A DNA stretch of 64,000 nucleotides from Escherichia coli (GCF_013315695.1 NZ_CP054353.1), one strand, 5' to 3'. Positions 37,519 to 52,046 are shown, counted from the first letter of the stretch. Numbers and translations: made by a program. Notes: a model not told the origin generated them from the sequence alone.

Positions 37519-38856
37519 TTACCAGCGCTCTTTCAGCAGGTTCGGCTGAATCCCATTAATCAAATGGGTATTGCTGAACGGCTGTTTAATTCCCGCCTCA
37601 AATTCTTCGCGGAAATATTTGATGGCGCTCTGTAACGGCTCCACTGCACCAGGTGCGTGGGCACAGAAAGTTTTACCCGGACCTAAGAATCGACACAGTT
37701 GCTCAAGTGTTTCGATATCGCCCGGCTGACCTTCGCCACGCTCCAGCGCACGCAGAATTTTCACGCTCCACGGCAGACCGTCGCGGCACGGCGTACACCA
37801 GCCGCAGGACTCACGGGCGAAAAACTCTTCCAGGTTACGCACCAGCGACACCATGTTGATCTCATGGTCAACCGCCATCGCCAGCGCCGTACCCAGACGG
37901 CTTCCCGCTTTACCGATACTTTCGAATTCCATCGGCAGGTCAAGGTGCGCTTCAGTCAGGAAGTCAGTACCAGCACCGCCTGGCTGCCAGGCTTTGAATT
38001 TCAGACCGTCACGCATACCACCGGCGTAATCTTCGAGGATCTCGCGTGCGGTGGTGCCGAACGGCAGTTCCCACAGGCCCGGATTTTTCACCCGACCGGA
38101 GAAGCCCATCAGCTTGGTGCCAGCATCTTTACTTTTCGAGATGTTCTGATACCACTCCACACCGTTAGCAAGGATCGCCGGAACGTTACACAGGGTTTCG
38201 ACGTTATTGACACAGGTCGGTTTGCCCCATGCACCGGAGGTTGCCGGGAAGGGGGGCTTCGAGCGCGGGTTAGCGCGACGCCCTTCCAGGGAATTGATTA
38301 ACGCTGTTTCTTCGCCGCAGATGTAGCGCCCTGCCCCGGTATGGACGAACAGTTCGAAATCGAAACCTGTTCCCATAATGTTTTTGCCAAGCAAGCCCGC
38401 TTCAGTCGCTTCGGCAATGGCGCGGCGCAGATTCACTGCCGCTTCGATATACTCGCCACGCAGGAAGATGTAGCCACGGTACGCTTTCAGGGCAAACGCG
38501 GAGATGAGCATACCTTCCACCAGCAGGTGCGGCAGTTGCTCCATCAACAGACGGTCTTTATAGGTGCCCGGCTCCATTTCATCGGCGTTACACAGCAGGT
38601 AACGGATGTTCATGGATTCGTCTTTCGGCATCAGGCTCCACTTCAGACCAGTCGAAAAGCCCGCGCCGCCGCGCCCTTTCAGACCAGCGTCTTTTACCTG
38701 ATTAACGATTTCGTCCGGAGACAGCCCGGTCAGCGCCTTACGCGCGCCTTCGTAACCGTTTTTGCTGCGATATTCGTCCAGCCACACTGGCTGTTTGTCA
38801 TCGCGCAGACGCCAGGTCAGCGGATGCGTTTCGGGAGTACGGATAATGTTTTTCAT
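37519..38856 (-). CDS. nuoF: NADH:quinone oxidoreductase subunit F (FMN/NADH-binding)
   Basis: 445-aa ORF with GxGGAGF-type motif ([10 protein letters not shown]) and C-terminal Cys cluster. Confidence 0.9.
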   Translation of the reverse strand: MKNIIRTPETHPLTWRLRDDKQPVWLDEYRSKNGYEGARKALTGLSPDEIVNQVKDAGLKGRGGAGFSTGLKWSLMPKDESMNIRYLLCNADEMEPGTYKDRLLMEQLPHLLVEGMLISAFALKAYRGYIFLRGEYIEAAVNLRRAIAEATEAGLLGKNIMGTGFDFELFVHTGAGRYICGEETALINSLEGRRANPRSKPPFPATSGAWGKPTCVNNVETLCNVPAILANGVEWYQNISKSKDAGTKLMGFSGRVKNPGLWELPFGTTAREILEDYAGGMRDGLKFKAWQPGGAGTDFLTEAHLDLPMEFESIGKAGSRLGTALAMAVDHEINMVSLVRNLEEFFARESCGWCTPCRDGLPWSVKILRALERGEGQPGDIETLEQLCRFLGPGKTFCAHAPGAVEPLQSAIKYFREEFEAGIKQPFSNTHLINGIQPNLLKERW

Positions 38857-39353
38857 TTATACCGCTCCAGCAGTTCAGGGATCGCTTCCGGGGTCAGATG
38901 TGCGTGAGTATCCTCATCGATCATCATGTTTGGCCCTTTATCACAGTTCCCCAGGCAGCAAGTTGGCAGCAGCGTAAAGCGACCGTCAAATGTCGTTTGT
39001 CCTGGTTTGATGTTCAGCTTTTTCTCGAGCGCCGCCTGGATGCCCTGGTAACCGTTGATATGACAGACCACGCTGTCGCAATAACGGATCACATGGCGGC
39101 CAACCGGCTGGCGGAAGATCTGGCTATAAAACGTTGCCACACCTTCGACGTCGCTCGCCGGAATACCCAGCACATCGGCGATCGCGTGGATCGCGCCATC
39201 CGGCACCCAGCCACGCTGCTTCTGAACGATTTTCAGAGCTTCAATGGACGCCGCACGCGGGTCTTCGTAGTGGTGCATCTCGTGCTCAATCGCTTCACGC
39301 TCTGCCGCACTCAGCTCAAAAGCCTCGGTTTGTGGTTGTTGATTCTCGTGCAT
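38853..39353 (-). CDS. nuoE: NADH:quinone oxidoreductase subunit E (2Fe-2S)
   Basis: 166-aa ORF; 4-nt overlap with nuoF. Confidence 0.9.
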
Positions 39354-39355
39354 AA

Positions 39356-41158
39356 TTAGCGGTCCACATCTGACATAACAAAATCGATACTGCCCAGATA
39401 AACAATCAGGTCAGACACCAGGCTGCCGCGGATCGCCGCCGGAATTTGCTGCAAATGCGCATAACTCGGCGTACGGATACGGGTGCGATAACTCATGGTG
39501 CTACCGTCGCTGGTCAGGTAGTAACTGTTGATCCCCTTGGTCGCCTCAATCATCTGGAAGGATTCATTGGCAGGCATCACCGGCCCCCACGACACTTGCA
39601 GGAAGTGGGTGATCAGGGTTTCGATATGTTGCAGCGTGCGCTCTTTCGGTGGCGGCGTGGTCAGCGGGTGATCTGCTTTGAACGGGCCTTCCGGCATGTT
39701 GTTGAGGCACTGCTCAAGAATGCGCAGACTCTGGCGCAGCTCTTCCACTTTAAGCATTACGCGGGTGTAGCAGTCAGAAACACCACCACCCACCGGGATT
39801 TCAAAGTCGAAGTTTTCATAGCCAGAATACGGACGCGCCTTACGCACGTCGAAGTCGATCCCGGTAGCACGCAGGCCCGCGCCAGTGGTGCCCCACTCCA
39901 GTGCCTCTTTCGCGCCATAGGCGGCAACGCCCTGGGAACGACCTTTCAGAATGGTATTTTGCAGCGCCGCTTTCTCGTAAGACGCCAGACGTTTCGGCAT
40001 CCAGTCGAGGAACTCACGCAGCAGGCGATCCCAGCCGCGCGGCAGGTCGTGCGCTACGCCGCCAATACGGAACCACGCCGGGTGCATACGAAAACCCGTG
40101 ATTGCTTCCACCAGATCGTAAATTTTCTGACGATCGGTAAAGGCGAAGAACACTGGCGTCATCGCGCCGACGTCCTGAATAAAGGTGGAGATATACAGCA
40201 GATGGCTGTTGATGCGGAACAGCTCAGAAAGCATTACGCGAATGACGTTAACGCGATCCGGCACGGTGATCCCGGCCAGTTTCTCTACAGCCAGCACGTA
40301 AGGCATTTCGTTAACGCAGCCGCCGAGGTATTCGATACGGTCAGTATACGGAATGTAGCTGTGCCAGGACTGGCGTTCGCCCATTTTCTCCGCACCACGG
40401 TGGTGGTAGCCGATGTCTGGTACGCAGTCGACAATCTCTTCGCCATCGAGCTGCAAAACGATACGGAAAGCACCGTGCGCAGACGGGTGGTTCGGACCGA
40501 GGTTGAGGAACATGAAGTCCTCGTTTTCGGTGCCGCGCTTCATCCCCCACTCTTCAGGTTTGAAGGTCAGGGCTTCCATCTCCAGATCCTGTTTGGCTTT
40601 GGTCAGCTCAAACGGCGAGAATTCGGTAGCGCGCGCCGGGTAATCTTTACGCAGCGGATGACCTTTCCAGGTTTGCGGCATCATGATGCGGCGCAAATTA
40701 GGATGACCGTCGAAAGTAATGCCAAACAGATCCCAGGTTTCACGCTCATACCAGTTAGCGTTCGGGAACAGTTTGGTGAAGGTCGGTACGTGCAGGTCGT
40801 TTTCTGCCAGCGCCACCTTCAGCATGATGTCGCGGTTACGATCGATAGAAATCAGATGGTAGAAAACGGAAAAATCCGCGGCAGGTAATCCTTCGCGGTG
40901 TGTGCGCAGACGTTCGTCCATGCCGTGTAAGTCAAACAGCATGACGTAAGGTTTCGGCAGTTTCTTTAAGAAATCGCCAACTTCCAGTAATTGTTCACGC
41001 TTGATCCACACAACGGGAACCCCGGTGCGAGTCGCCTGAACAGTAAAGGCATCCGGCCCAAAACGGTTGCGCAGTTCGCCAATCACCGGATCATCAAGAT
41101 GATCGCGGGTCTGCCAGGCGGGTTCTTGCGCGGTTAAGTCGGTCATATTGTTCACCAT
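39356..41158 (-). CDS. nuoC: NADH:quinone oxidoreductase fused subunit C/D
   Basis: 600-aa ORF with ATG at 41156-41158; an in-frame ATG at 41144-41146 (MTDLTAQEP...) would give 596 aa; fused 30-kDa/49-kDa subunit as in enterobacteria. Confidence 0.9.
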
Positions 41159-41251
41159 TGCAAATGGTCCGTGGTGACTGTCGGCGCAGTAAGCTTCGCG
41201 AAATAGATTTAGGAATAAGCGAAGAAAAATCCCTTTGCCGACAGGCGCAAA

Positions 41252-41914
41252 TTAAATCTCGTCAGGTGTACGCAGGTTGGTTACGGCAATGCGTTCACCG
41301 CGCTTGCGTTCGCGCTCTGATTGCATATTGGCGCGATAAACGCCCTGATCGCCAACCACCCAGGAGAGCGGACGACGTTCTTTGCCGATAGATTCCTGCA
41401 ACAGCATCAGTGCCTGCATGTACGCTTCAGGACGCGGCGGGCAGCCCGGGATATACACATCAACCGGGATGAATTTATCAACGCCCTGCACAACGGAATA
41501 AATATCGTACATACCGCCAGAGTTGGCACAGGCACCCATTGAGATAACCCATTTGGGTTCCAGCATCTGGTCATACAGACGCTGAATAACCGGTGCCATT
41601 TTGGTAAAGCAGGTTCCTGCCACCACCATCAGGTCAGCCTGACGCGGCGAAGCACGCAATACTTCTGCGCCAAAACGCGCCACGTCATGCACCGCGGTAA
41701 ACGAAGTCACCATCTCAACGTAACAGCAGGAAAGACCGAAGTTATACGGCCAAATTGAGTTTTTACGACCCCAGTTAACCATGTCATTGAGCTTGCCCAT
41801 AAACACGTTTTTGTTAACTTCTTGCTCCAGAGGGTCGGTTACGATCTCCTGCTTTTGCAGGGGGTAACGGTCGTTCTCACCGTTGGGATCTATGCGGGTG
41901 AGCGTATAATCCAT
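41252..41914 (-). CDS. nuoB: NADH:quinone oxidoreductase subunit B
   Basis: 220-aa ORF with CCxxE...C..GCPP motifs. Confidence 0.9.
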
Positions 41915-41929
41915 CTTAATGCCTCGCGG

Positions 41930-42373
41930 TTAGCGTTGACGATTAGCGATACTGTTCGTTTCCGGGTTCATACGCTCGCGGCGTGAACGCGCGGGCGTCC
42001 AGTCCAGCGCGCCAATACGCACCAGATAAACCAGACCTGCCAGTAACACAAAAATAAAAATTGCAGCTTCCACAAAGCCTACCCAGCCGCTTTCGCGGAT
42101 AGAGGTTGACCATGCGAACAGATACAGCGCTTCAACGTCGAAGATAACGAAGAACATGGCCACCAGATAAAACTTGGCGGACAGGCGTAAGCGGGCGGAG
42201 CCGACCGAGTCGATACCGGATTCAAACGGAACGTTTTTCGACCTTGCGCGTGCGCGACCGCCTAAAAACCAACCGCCTACCAGCATCAGGCAACACAGGC
42301 CAATGGCAACGATAAGAAAGATAGCGAATGCCCAGTGATGAGCGATGACTTCAGTGGATGTTGACATACTCAT
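41930..42373 (-). CDS. nuoA: NADH:quinone oxidoreductase subunit A
   Basis: 147-aa 3-TM protein; first gene of the operon. Confidence 0.9.
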
Positions 42374-42920
42374 TGCTTACTCATCAAAAGTAGCGCCAGA
42401 TTCACTGCTCTTCACGGCAGATGGACGCCACATCGATTCATGGGGAGGAATAAAAAAAACCTTACAATCACTGTAGAAATTCTTTTATACAGCTAATTGA
42501 TGTGGTCTTTTACTCCTTTCTATAACCTTTTGTCAACTTTAACAAAAGTTTCTTCACATTAGTTTACATAATATCAACACCATTAGCATTTAATGCCCTT
42601 TCACCCCAGATCCTTGACGACTCCAGGATAATTAGATGTTGTTGAATCGTGTCCGTTGTGAAGCAATGGAAAAAATACGGGTCTATTTTGACAGGAATTT
42701 GTGTCGATTCCTCCCCCCAAAAGAGAGTATTTTCTTGATCTGTGACACGCTTTTGTCATTCCATAACAAAAACGCAGCAACAAATTTACGTATTTTTTAA
42801 CATCATTGTAGCAGGTGATTTTTTTCAGGCGATTATTTGTGCGTTCAGGACGTGAATCTCTGGTGATTGAAAAATGAACAGTTTTGTGCGTTCTGCACGA
42901 TACGAGGAAGGCTTTTTACT
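42374..42920 (-). promoter_or_regulatory. AT-rich nuo operon upstream regulatory region
   Basis: about 550 bp AT-rich non-coding DNA upstream of nuoA; no ORF of 60 aa or more that looks coding. Confidence 0.5.
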
Positions 42921-42965
42921 AAAAAAAAGCCGCTGGGGTTTAAAATCCCTCCAGCGGCTCGTTTT
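42921..42965 (-). terminator. rho-independent terminator downstream of lrhA
   Basis: GCCGCTGG...CCAGCGGC stem; on the minus strand it is followed by U8 (plus-strand AAAAAAAA at 42921-42928). Confidence 0.6.
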
Positions 42966-43002
42966 TACACTATTGTTCCAGGAATTATCTATCGTCCGTC
43001 GA

Positions 43003-43944
<942 letters not shown>

Positions 43945-44860
43945 TTATCACTTACTGGCGGCTCATACTGAGCTGGTTAATGCTGTGCACACACAAACAA
44001 GCAATTCCATTTGTAATGTGCCTCCCTGGCAGTTTCATCCGGAACCCGGACGAAAGTAAAAATGCATATGAGTTGCACTAAAAAAGCGACTCACATTGTT
44101 CCGTTATAATGCCTGAAGTAGATCACAGAATATATCTTCAGGAATCGCATATCTATTAAGTTACTCACTCTTTTGTATTTATGACATGCGCGTGTTTGTA
44201 TAAATGTAAATGTGAGCCCTTGTTCCACTCTCGTGCAGCATCGCTGGTCATACGCGAACACGTACAAACAGCAATGGTGAGGCGGCATCAAGAGCAGGGA
44301 TCCGTCATTTATGCGAGCATTTTACCCCAAAAACCTTTTATTTATAAGGGTCATTGCGAATTATCTGATGCAAAGTTATGTTATGTTAGGCAAAGTAATC
44401 TTCTATTATTAATAAGCACAACAAAACCTTTTTGAATATTAAATAATAATTAATTAGCATCATCCTCATTCATTAATCCCGCTTAACAATAGTTTCACAC
44501 CTTGCACCCATTACGACACCTCGGAAATCATCACGCTGTTAAACTCTCCGTAATGCGGAAATATCATCATCACGATTCATTAGTGAATTCTTAAACGAGG
44601 CATTTTCAAACAATTATCTTACAGATAAAAAAACCACACTCACAATTAAGAATCAGAACAATTCACTACATAACATTAATTATTAAGCATATACACCTCA
44701 TTATTTTGCCATTATTAAGTTATTAACAGCACAATCAAGCCTTCCACTCTGGCAAAATCTTATTCTGCAGACCTTCAAAACGCCGTCCTGGGGGAGTACA
44801 TTGTTCTAAGCTGACTTCCACGGCAGGGAGTGGCGATAACAGCAAAAAAGGTCAAGATTC

Positions 44861-46078
44861 ATGTCCCCCATTGAAAAATCCAGCAAATTAGAGAATGTCT
44901 GTTACGACATCCGTGGTCCGGTGCTGAAAGAAGCAAAACGCCTGGAAGAAGAAGGTAACAAGGTACTGAAACTGAACATCGGCAACCCTGCCCCGTTCGG
45001 TTTTGACGCGCCAGATGAAATCCTCGTTGACGTGATTCGCAACCTGCCTACCGCTCAAGGGTATTGCGATTCCAAAGGGCTTTACTCCGCGCGTAAAGCC
45101 ATCATGCAGCACTACCAGGCTCGTGGCATGCGTGATGTTACCGTGGAAGATATTTACATCGGCAATGGTGTATCGGAGCTTATCGTTCAGGCAATGCAGG
45201 CATTGCTGAACAGCGGGGACGAAATGTTGGTTCCTGCACCTGATTACCCACTATGGACCGCGGCGGTTTCGCTCTCCAGCGGTAAAGCGGTGCATTATCT
45301 TTGCGATGAATCCTCTGACTGGTTCCCGGACCTTGATGATATTCGCGCTAAAATTACGCCTCGTACGCGTGGGATCGTTATTATCAACCCAAATAACCCA
45401 ACCGGCGCGGTATATTCCAAAGAGCTTTTAATGGAGATAGTGGAGATTGCACGTCAGCATAATCTCATTATCTTCGCCGATGAAATTTATGACAAAATTC
45501 TCTACGACGACGCTGAGCATCACTCAATTGCGCCGCTGGCACCTGATCTGCTGACCATTACCTTTAACGGACTGTCGAAAACGTACCGCGTTGCTGGCTT
45601 CCGTCAGGGGTGGATGGTGTTGAACGGGCCGAAAAAACACGCCAAAGGTTACATCGAAGGTCTGGAAATGCTGGCTTCAATGCGCCTGTGTGCTAACGTT
45701 CCTGCGCAACACGCCATTCAGACCGCGCTGGGCGGTTATCAGAGCATCAGTGAATTTATTACCCCTGGCGGTCGTCTTTATGAGCAGCGTAACCGCGCAT
45801 GGGAATTGATCAATGATATTCCGGGCGTTTCCTGCGTGAAACCGCGCGGTGCGCTGTACATGTTCCCGAAAATCGACGCCAAACGCTTTAACATTCACGA
45901 CGATCAGAAAATGGTGCTGGATTTCCTGTTGCAGGAAAAAGTTCTGTTGGTGCAAGGGACGGCATTCAACTGGCCGTGGCCGGATCACTTCCGCATTGTC
46001 ACGCTACCGCGTGTCGATGATATCGAGCTGTCTTTGAGCAAGTTCGCGCGTTTCCTTTCTGGTTATCATCAGCTGTAA
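44861..46078 (+). CDS. alaA: glutamate-pyruvate aminotransferase (alanine transaminase, class I PLP)
   Basis: 405-aa ORF with PLP-lysine motif region (NGLSKTYRVAGFR). Confidence 0.9.
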   Translation: MSPIEKSSKLENVCYDIRGPVLKEAKRLEEEGNKVLKLNIGNPAPFGFDAPDEILVDVIRNLPTAQGYCDSKGLYSARKAIMQHYQARGMRDVTVEDIYIGNGVSELIVQAMQALLNSGDEMLVPAPDYPLWTAAVSLSSGKAVHYLCDESSDWFPDLDDIRAKITPRTRGIVIINPNNPTGAVYSKELLMEIVEIARQHNLIIFADEIYDKILYDDAEHHSIAPLAPDLLTITFNGLSKTYRVAGFRQGWMVLNGPKKHAKGYIEGLEMLASMRLCANVPAQHAIQTALGGYQSISEFITPGGRLYEQRNRAWELINDIPGVSCVKPRGALYMFPKIDAKRFNIHDDQKMVLDFLLQEKVLLVQGTAFNWPWPDHFRIVTLPRVDDIELSLSKFARFLSGYHQL

Positions 46079-46088
46079 TCTTAATTTC

Positions 46089-46120
46089 ACTGCCGGAGAT
46101 TGCATCCGGCAGTGTTATCC
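46089..46120 (+). terminator. rho-independent terminator after alaA
   Basis: CTGCCGGA-GATTGCA-TCCGGCAG followed by TGTTATCCC. Confidence 0.5.
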
Positions 46121-46161
46121 CGCCACAATGACCTGATGATGTCATCATACGTAAGGTCACT

Positions 46162-46761
46162 ATGAAACAGAGCCATTTTTTTGCCCATCTCTCCCGCCTG
46201 AAACTCATTAACCGCTGGCCGCTAATGCGCAACGTGCGGACGGAAAATGTGTCCGAACACAGTTTGCAGGTAGCGATGGTCGCCCATGCGCTGGCTGCTA
46301 TCAAAAATCGGAAATTTGGCGGTAATGTCAACGCCGAACGTATCGCTTTACTGGCGATGTACCACGATGCCTCAGAAGTGCTCACCGGCGATCTCCCTAC
46401 TCCGGTGAAATACTTCAATTCGCAAATCGCTCAGGAGTACAAGGCGATTGAAAAAATCGCTCAGCAAAAACTGGTCGATATGGTTCCGGAAGAGCTGCGG
46501 GATATCTTTGCGCCGTTAATTGACGAGCATGCATATAGCGATGAAGAAAAATCGCTGGTGAAACAGGCGGATGCACTGTGTGCATATCTGAAATGTCTGG
46601 AGGAACTCGCGGCGGGAAATAATGAATTCTTGCTGGCAAAAACGCGACTGGAAGCGACGCTTGAAGCGCGCCGCAGCCAGGAGATGGACTACTTCATGGA
46701 AGTCTTTGTTCCCAGCTTCCATCTTTCGCTCGATGAGATTAGCCAGGATTCACCGCTGTAA
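46162..46761 (+). CDS. yfbR: HD-domain 5'-deoxynucleotidase
   Basis: 199-aa ORF with HD motif ([15 protein letters not shown]). Confidence 0.85.
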
Positions 46762-46773
46762 GCAGCCGGAGTC

Positions 46774-46812
46774 TGCGTCGCATCAGGCAATAAGCGCCGG
46801 ATGCGACATCAG
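46774..46812. repeat. REP (repetitive extragenic palindromic) element between convergent yfbR and yfbS
   Basis: GCGTCGCATCAGGCAATAAGCGCCGGATGCGACATCAGCC; contains the GCCTGATGCGACGC REP motif in reverse orientation. Confidence 0.5.
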
Positions 46813-46819
46813 CCTCTTG

Positions 46820-48652
46820 TCAAAACGGAAACAGCATCGGGATCATCACCACACAAACCGCCATCACGATAATGGTGAACGGTCCCCCCAACTTCACAAA
46901 GTCACTGAAGCTGTAATTTCCCGGACCTAAAACCAGTGTGTTAACCGGTGAAGAAACCGGTGTCATAAAAGCGGCGGATGCTGCCATCGCCACGACCATC
47001 GCGAATGGGTAAGGCGACACACCCATCGTTTTGGCAGCAGCCAGCGCAATCGGAGCCATCAACACCGCCGTCGCGGTATTAGAGATAAACAGCCCAATAA
47101 CCGCCGACAGGACAAACAAACAACCCAGCATCATATGTGGCCCGTAACCGCCGCCAATGTCCATCAGCCCTTTCACCGCCAGCGCGACACCTCCCGTTTT
47201 CTGTAATGCCACAGCAAACGGCATCATCCCAACGATCAAAATAATGCTCGGCCAGTGAATGGATTTATAGGCGCTTTCAGCATCGATACAGCGGAATTTC
47301 CCCATCAGCAGGCAGGCGATGATAGCGGCAACAGGATTAGGGATTTCATCGGTAAGCATTAACGCCACCATCAACACCAGGCAAAAAATGGCATGAGGTG
47401 CCTGACTGTGTGCTGGCGATGCTTCACTCACTTCTTCTGGTAAGTTCAGCGCCACAAAGTCACGCCCCTGTTTTGCCAGCATACCGATCAGTTTCCAGTT
47501 ACCCACAACCAGGATGATATCGCCCAGCAGCAGAGGCTCATCCGCCAGCGAACCTTCCATCGCCTCGCCATTGCGCTTTAGCCCCACCACATTCAGTCCG
47601 TAGCGGGTACGAAAACCAATTTCGCGCACCGATTTACCAATAAGTTCAGACTCAGGAATTAATGAAATCTCTGCCATGCCCACATCAAGGGCCTGGTCAG
47701 AAAAATACTCGCCGCGCAGTACCATCGGCTCCAGCAATTGCTCACTACAAAATTGCCGGAGATCGACATCAGCCGCAGACATATCAATAAGCAAAACGTC
47801 ACGCGCGCGAAATTCAGAAACCCCATTAACGTTCACGATAACGCGACGAAAACGCCGCCAGCGTTCAACACCGATGACGTTAGCGCCATAACGCTCACGT
47901 AATTTGAGATCGTCCAGCCGTTGACCAATCATTGGCGAACCGGGGCGAATAGCCAGACGACGCGCACGCCCGGTCAGTCGATATTCACGGATAAGATCGC
48001 GAAAGGTTCGACGCGTCCAGCCTTCGCGCTGCGGGGTCTGGGTATCCCCTTTCAGCATGAAACGCATCACTAACATATACAAAATACCCAGCACCAGCAC
48101 GACCAGGCCAATAGGTGTTACGCTAAAGAAACTAAAACCATGATAGCCTTCACGCAGCAATTCACTGTTGACTACCAGGTTCGGCGGCGTCGCCACCAGC
48201 GTCATCATGCCGCTTATCAGCCCGGCAAAACTTAACGGCATCATCAGGCGCGACGGCGACGTTTGCATACGCATGGCAACGCTTAACACCACGGGAATAA
48301 AGATAGCGACAACGCCGGTTGAACTCATAAACGCGCCAAGCCCCGCGACGGTCAGCATCAACAAAACCAACATTTTGATTTCACTGTTGCCCGCCACTTT
48401 GACCAGCCATGTCCCCATTACAGTGGCAACACCGGTACGGACCAAACCATCGCCAATAATGAACAAGGCGGCAATCAGGACAACGTTAGGATCGGAAAAG
48501 CCGGAAAATACTTCGGGGACCGTCAGCGTTCCGCTTAATGCAAACGCGACAATAACAAACAAAGCGACCGCATCCATACGCACTCTGCCCGTCGCAAACA
48601 AGACGATGGCAACGGCCAGTAATGAAAGAACCCAAATCAATTCACCGTTCAC
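46820..48652 (-). CDS. yfbS: putative ion transporter with two central TrkA-C (RCK_C) domains
   Basis: 610-aa ORF; N- and C-terminal permease halves flanking soluble domains. Confidence 0.85.
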   Translation of the reverse strand: MNGELIWVLSLLAVAIVLFATGRVRMDAVALFVIVAFALSGTLTVPEVFSGFSDPNVVLIAALFIIGDGLVRTGVATVMGTWLVKVAGNSEIKMLVLLMLTVAGLGAFMSSTGVVAIFIPVVLSVAMRMQTSPSRLMMPLSFAGLISGMMTLVATPPNLVVNSELLREGYHGFSFFSVTPIGLVVLVLGILYMLVMRFMLKGDTQTPQREGWTRRTFRDLIREYRLTGRARRLAIRPGSPMIGQRLDDLKLRERYGANVIGVERWRRFRRVIVNVNGVSEFRARDVLLIDMSAADVDLRQFCSEQLLEPMVLRGEYFSDQALDVGMAEISLIPESELIGKSVREIGFRTRYGLNVVGLKRNGEAMEGSLADEPLLLGDIILVVGNWKLIGMLAKQGRDFVALNLPEEVSEASPAHSQAPHAIFCLVLMVALMLTDEIPNPVAAIIACLLMGKFRCIDAESAYKSIHWPSIILIVGMMPFAVALQKTGGVALAVKGLMDIGGGYGPHMMLGCLFVLSAVIGLFISNTATAVLMAPIALAAAKTMGVSPYPFAMVVAMAASAAFMTPVSSPVNTLVLGPGNYSFSDFVKLGGPFTIIVMAVCVVMIPMLFPF

Positions 48653-48695
48653 AACTTATCCTTGTTAATTGAGGGGGATGACTTGATTCTGCCAT

Positions 48696-48720
48696 AAAAA
48701 AGCCCCGACGAGACGGGGCT
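48696..48720 (-). terminator. rho-independent terminator downstream of yfbT
   Basis: AGCCCCG-ACGAGA-CGGGGCT stem; on the minus strand followed by U6 (plus AAAAAA 48696-48701). Confidence 0.6.
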
Positions 48721-48738
48721 AAATCATGATCAGGTGTT

Positions 48739-49389
48739 TCACTGAATAATAACATCGCCATTTGGCTGTTTGGTCACAGTAATTTGCTCCAGACTGTGGA
48801 GGACCAAATCGACCTCATTCAGGCGCGGGGTATCTGCCGGAGCGTTAACCGCAATGACATGACACCCCGCCGCCAGGCCAGAAAGCACGCCAGCGGGAGC
48901 ATCTTCCACCACTACACACTCCTGCGGCGCAAGCCCCAGCAGCTGCGCGCCTAACAGATACGCATCAGGTTCTGGTTTTCCGCGCTTCACTCGCTCAGCG
49001 GTTACAAACACCTCTGGTGCGGGAAGCCCAGCTACTTTATGGCGCGCTCGCGCTACCGGCATGGAGCCAGAAGTCACAATGGCCCATGGAATACCTGCTT
49101 TATTCAAATGATTGAGTAAGGCGATTGCCCCCGGAAGCGCGGTAATACCCTCGGTTTCCGTGGCCTCGATATGCTCCAGACGCGTAAACTCGGCGGCAAT
49201 ATCAGCCTCGGATTTGCCCGCCATAAAATGGCGCAGAGAGGTGATCGCCTGTTTACCGTGAATGAAAGCCAGCACCTCTTCCGGCGCTAACCCATGACGT
49301 CTGGCCCAGTTGCTCCACGCCCGCTCTACCGCAGGCAGGGAATCCACCAGCGTTCCATCAAGATCAAACAGAAAACCTTTGCACCGCAC
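48739..49389 (-). CDS. hxpA: HAD-superfamily sugar phosphatase
   Basis: 216-aa ORF with DxDG HAD motif I (FLFDLDGTLVDS). Confidence 0.85.
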   Translation of the reverse strand: MRCKGFLFDLDGTLVDSLPAVERAWSNWARRHGLAPEEVLAFIHGKQAITSLRHFMAGKSEADIAAEFTRLEHIEATETEGITALPGAIALLNHLNKAGIPWAIVTSGSMPVARARHKVAGLPAPEVFVTAERVKRGKPEPDAYLLGAQLLGLAPQECVVVEDAPAGVLSGLAAGCHVIAVNAPADTPRLNEVDLVLHSLEQITVTKQPNGDVIIQ

Positions 49390-49399
49390 GCGGGCCTCC

Positions 49400-49972
<573 letters not shown>

Positions 49973-49976
49973 TCAA

Positions 49977-50432
49977 TTACAAATCATCAAGGAAAGTTTT
50001 ATCCAGTTGTTTGAAGGCGCGCTTAAGCGTGTCAGCTAATGCCTGGTAATCAGGCTTGCCTTCAACGGGTGCCAACACCTGTCCAGACTCCTGCAATTTA
50101 CCGCGAACTTCATAAAACCAGTTGAGGATTGCAGGAGGTAATGGCGTTACAGAACGCTTGCCCAGCCACCACAATCCCTGCATGGGTAAACTTAAGGCGA
50201 ACAGCGCAGTGGCAACTGCCGGCCCAAGCTGACCGCCCAGGGCAATCTGCCAGCAGAGAGTAAATACGGCGATCGGCGGCATAAAACGGATCGCATAACG
50301 CGTCATCTTGATAACGCGATTTTCGACAAAGACCGGGGCAAGGCGTTTTTCCAGCGGCCACGTCTTTGAGTAATGCTGTCCCCGGCGAAACAAGCTAAAA
50401 AAATTAACAGAACGATTATCCGGCGTTGACAT
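49977..50432 (-). CDS. yfbV: UPF0208 inner-membrane protein YfbV
   Basis: 151-aa ORF with two TM helices. Confidence 0.85.
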
Positions 50433-50769
50433 GCTTCACCTCAACTTCACATATAAAAATTCAAAAATTTGTGCAAATTCACAACTCAGCGGGACAACGT
50501 TCAAAACATTTTGTCTTCCATACCCACTATCAGGTATCCTTTAGCAGCCTGAAGGCCTAAGTAGTACATATTCATTGAGTCGTCAAATTCATATACATTA
50601 TGCCATTGGCTGAAAATTACGCAAAATGGCATAGACTCAAGATATTTCTTCCATCATGCAAAAAAAATTTGCAGTGCATGATGTTAATCATAAATGTCGG
50701 TGTCATCATGCGCTACGCTCTATGGCTCCCTGACGTTTTTTTAGCCACGTATCAATTATAGGTACTTCC

Positions 50770-51972
50770 ATGTCGAGTAAGTTAGTACTGGTTCTGAACT
50801 GCGGTAGTTCTTCACTGAAATTTGCAATCATCGATGCAGTAAATGGTGAAGAGTACCTTTCTGGTTTAGCCGAATGTTTCCACCTGCCCGAAGCACGTAT
50901 CAAATGGAAAATGGACGGCAATAAACAGGAAGCGGCTTTAGGTGCAGGCGCCGCTCACAGCGAAGCGCTCAACTTTATCGTTAATACTATTCTGGCACAA
51001 AAACCAGAACTGTCTGCGCAGCTGACTGCTATCGGTCACCGTATCGTACACGGCGGCGAAAAGTATACCAGCTCCGTAGTGATCGATGAGTCTGTTATTC
51101 AGGGTATCAAAGATGCAGCTTCTTTTGCACCGCTGCACAACCCGGCTCACCTGATCGGTATCGAAGAAGCTCTGAAATCTTTCCCACAGCTGAAAGACAA
51201 AAACGTTGCTGTATTTGACACCGCGTTCCACCAGACTATGCCGGAAGAGTCTTACCTCTACGCCCTGCCGTACAACCTGTACAAAGAGCACGGCATCCGT
51301 CGTTACGGCGCGCACGGCACCAGCCACTTCTATGTAACCCAGGAAGCGGCAAAAATGCTGAACAAACCGGTAGAAGAACTGAACATCATCACCTGCCACC
51401 TGGGCAACGGTGGTTCCGTTTCTGCTATCCGCAACGGTAAATGCGTTGACACCTCTATGGGCCTGACCCCGCTGGAAGGTCTGGTCATGGGTACCCGTTC
51501 TGGTGATATCGATCCGGCGATCATCTTCCACCTGCACGACACCCTGGGCATGAGCGTTGACGCAATCAACAAACTGCTGACCAAAGAGTCTGGCCTGCTG
51601 GGTCTGACCGAAGTGACCAGCGACTGCCGCTATGTTGAAGACAACTACGCGACGAAAGAAGACGCGAAGCGCGCAATGGACGTTTACTGCCACCGCCTGG
51701 CGAAATACATCGGTGCCTACACTGCGCTGATGGATGGTCGTCTGGACGCTGTTGTATTCACCGGTGGTATCGGTGAAAATGCCGCGATGGTTCGTGAACT
51801 GTCTCTGGGCAAACTGGGCGTGCTGGGCTTTGAAGTTGATCATGAACGCAACCTGGCTGCACGTTTCGGCAAATCTGGTTTCATCAACAAAGAAGGTACC
51901 CGTCCTGCGGTGGTTATCCCAACCAACGAAGAACTGGTTATCGCGCAAGACGCGAGCCGCCTGACTGCCTGA
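50770..51972 (+). CDS. ackA: acetate kinase
   Basis: 400-aa [26 protein letters not shown]..., acetokinase signature. Confidence 0.95.
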   Translation: MSSKLVLVLNCGSSSLKFAIIDAVNGEEYLSGLAECFHLPEARIKWKMDGNKQEAALGAGAAHSEALNFIVNTILAQKPELSAQLTAIGHRIVHGGEKYTSSVVIDESVIQGIKDAASFAPLHNPAHLIGIEEALKSFPQLKDKNVAVFDTAFHQTMPEESYLYALPYNLYKEHGIRRYGAHGTSHFYVTQEAAKMLNKPVEELNIITCHLGNGGSVSAIRNGKCVDTSMGLTPLEGLVMGTRSGDIDPAIIFHLHDTLGMSVDAINKLLTKESGLLGLTEVTSDCRYVEDNYATKEDAKRAMDVYCHRLAKYIGAYTALMDGRLDAVVFTGGIGENAAMVRELSLGKLGVLGFEVDHERNLAARFGKSGFINKEGTRPAVVIPTNEELVIAQDASRLTA

Positions 51973-51977
51973 TTTCA

Positions 51978-52009
51978 CACCGCCAGCTCAGCTGGCGGTG
52001 CTGTTTTGT
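51978..52009 (+). terminator. stem-loop in the ackA-pta spacer (possible attenuator/partial terminator)
   Basis: CACCGCCAGC-TCA-GCTGGCGGTG followed by CTGTTTTGT. Confidence 0.5.
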
Positions 52010-52046
52010 AACCCGCCAAATCGGCGGTAACGAAAGAGGATAAACC

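Noticed and set aside
44091-44435. Two small overlapping ORFs (66 aa minus strand, 84 aa plus strand) in the lrhA-alaA intergenic region
   Set aside because: No SD-like sequence noted, AT-rich low-complexity translations, and they overlap each other. Treated as non-coding regulatory DNA unless expression data say otherwise.
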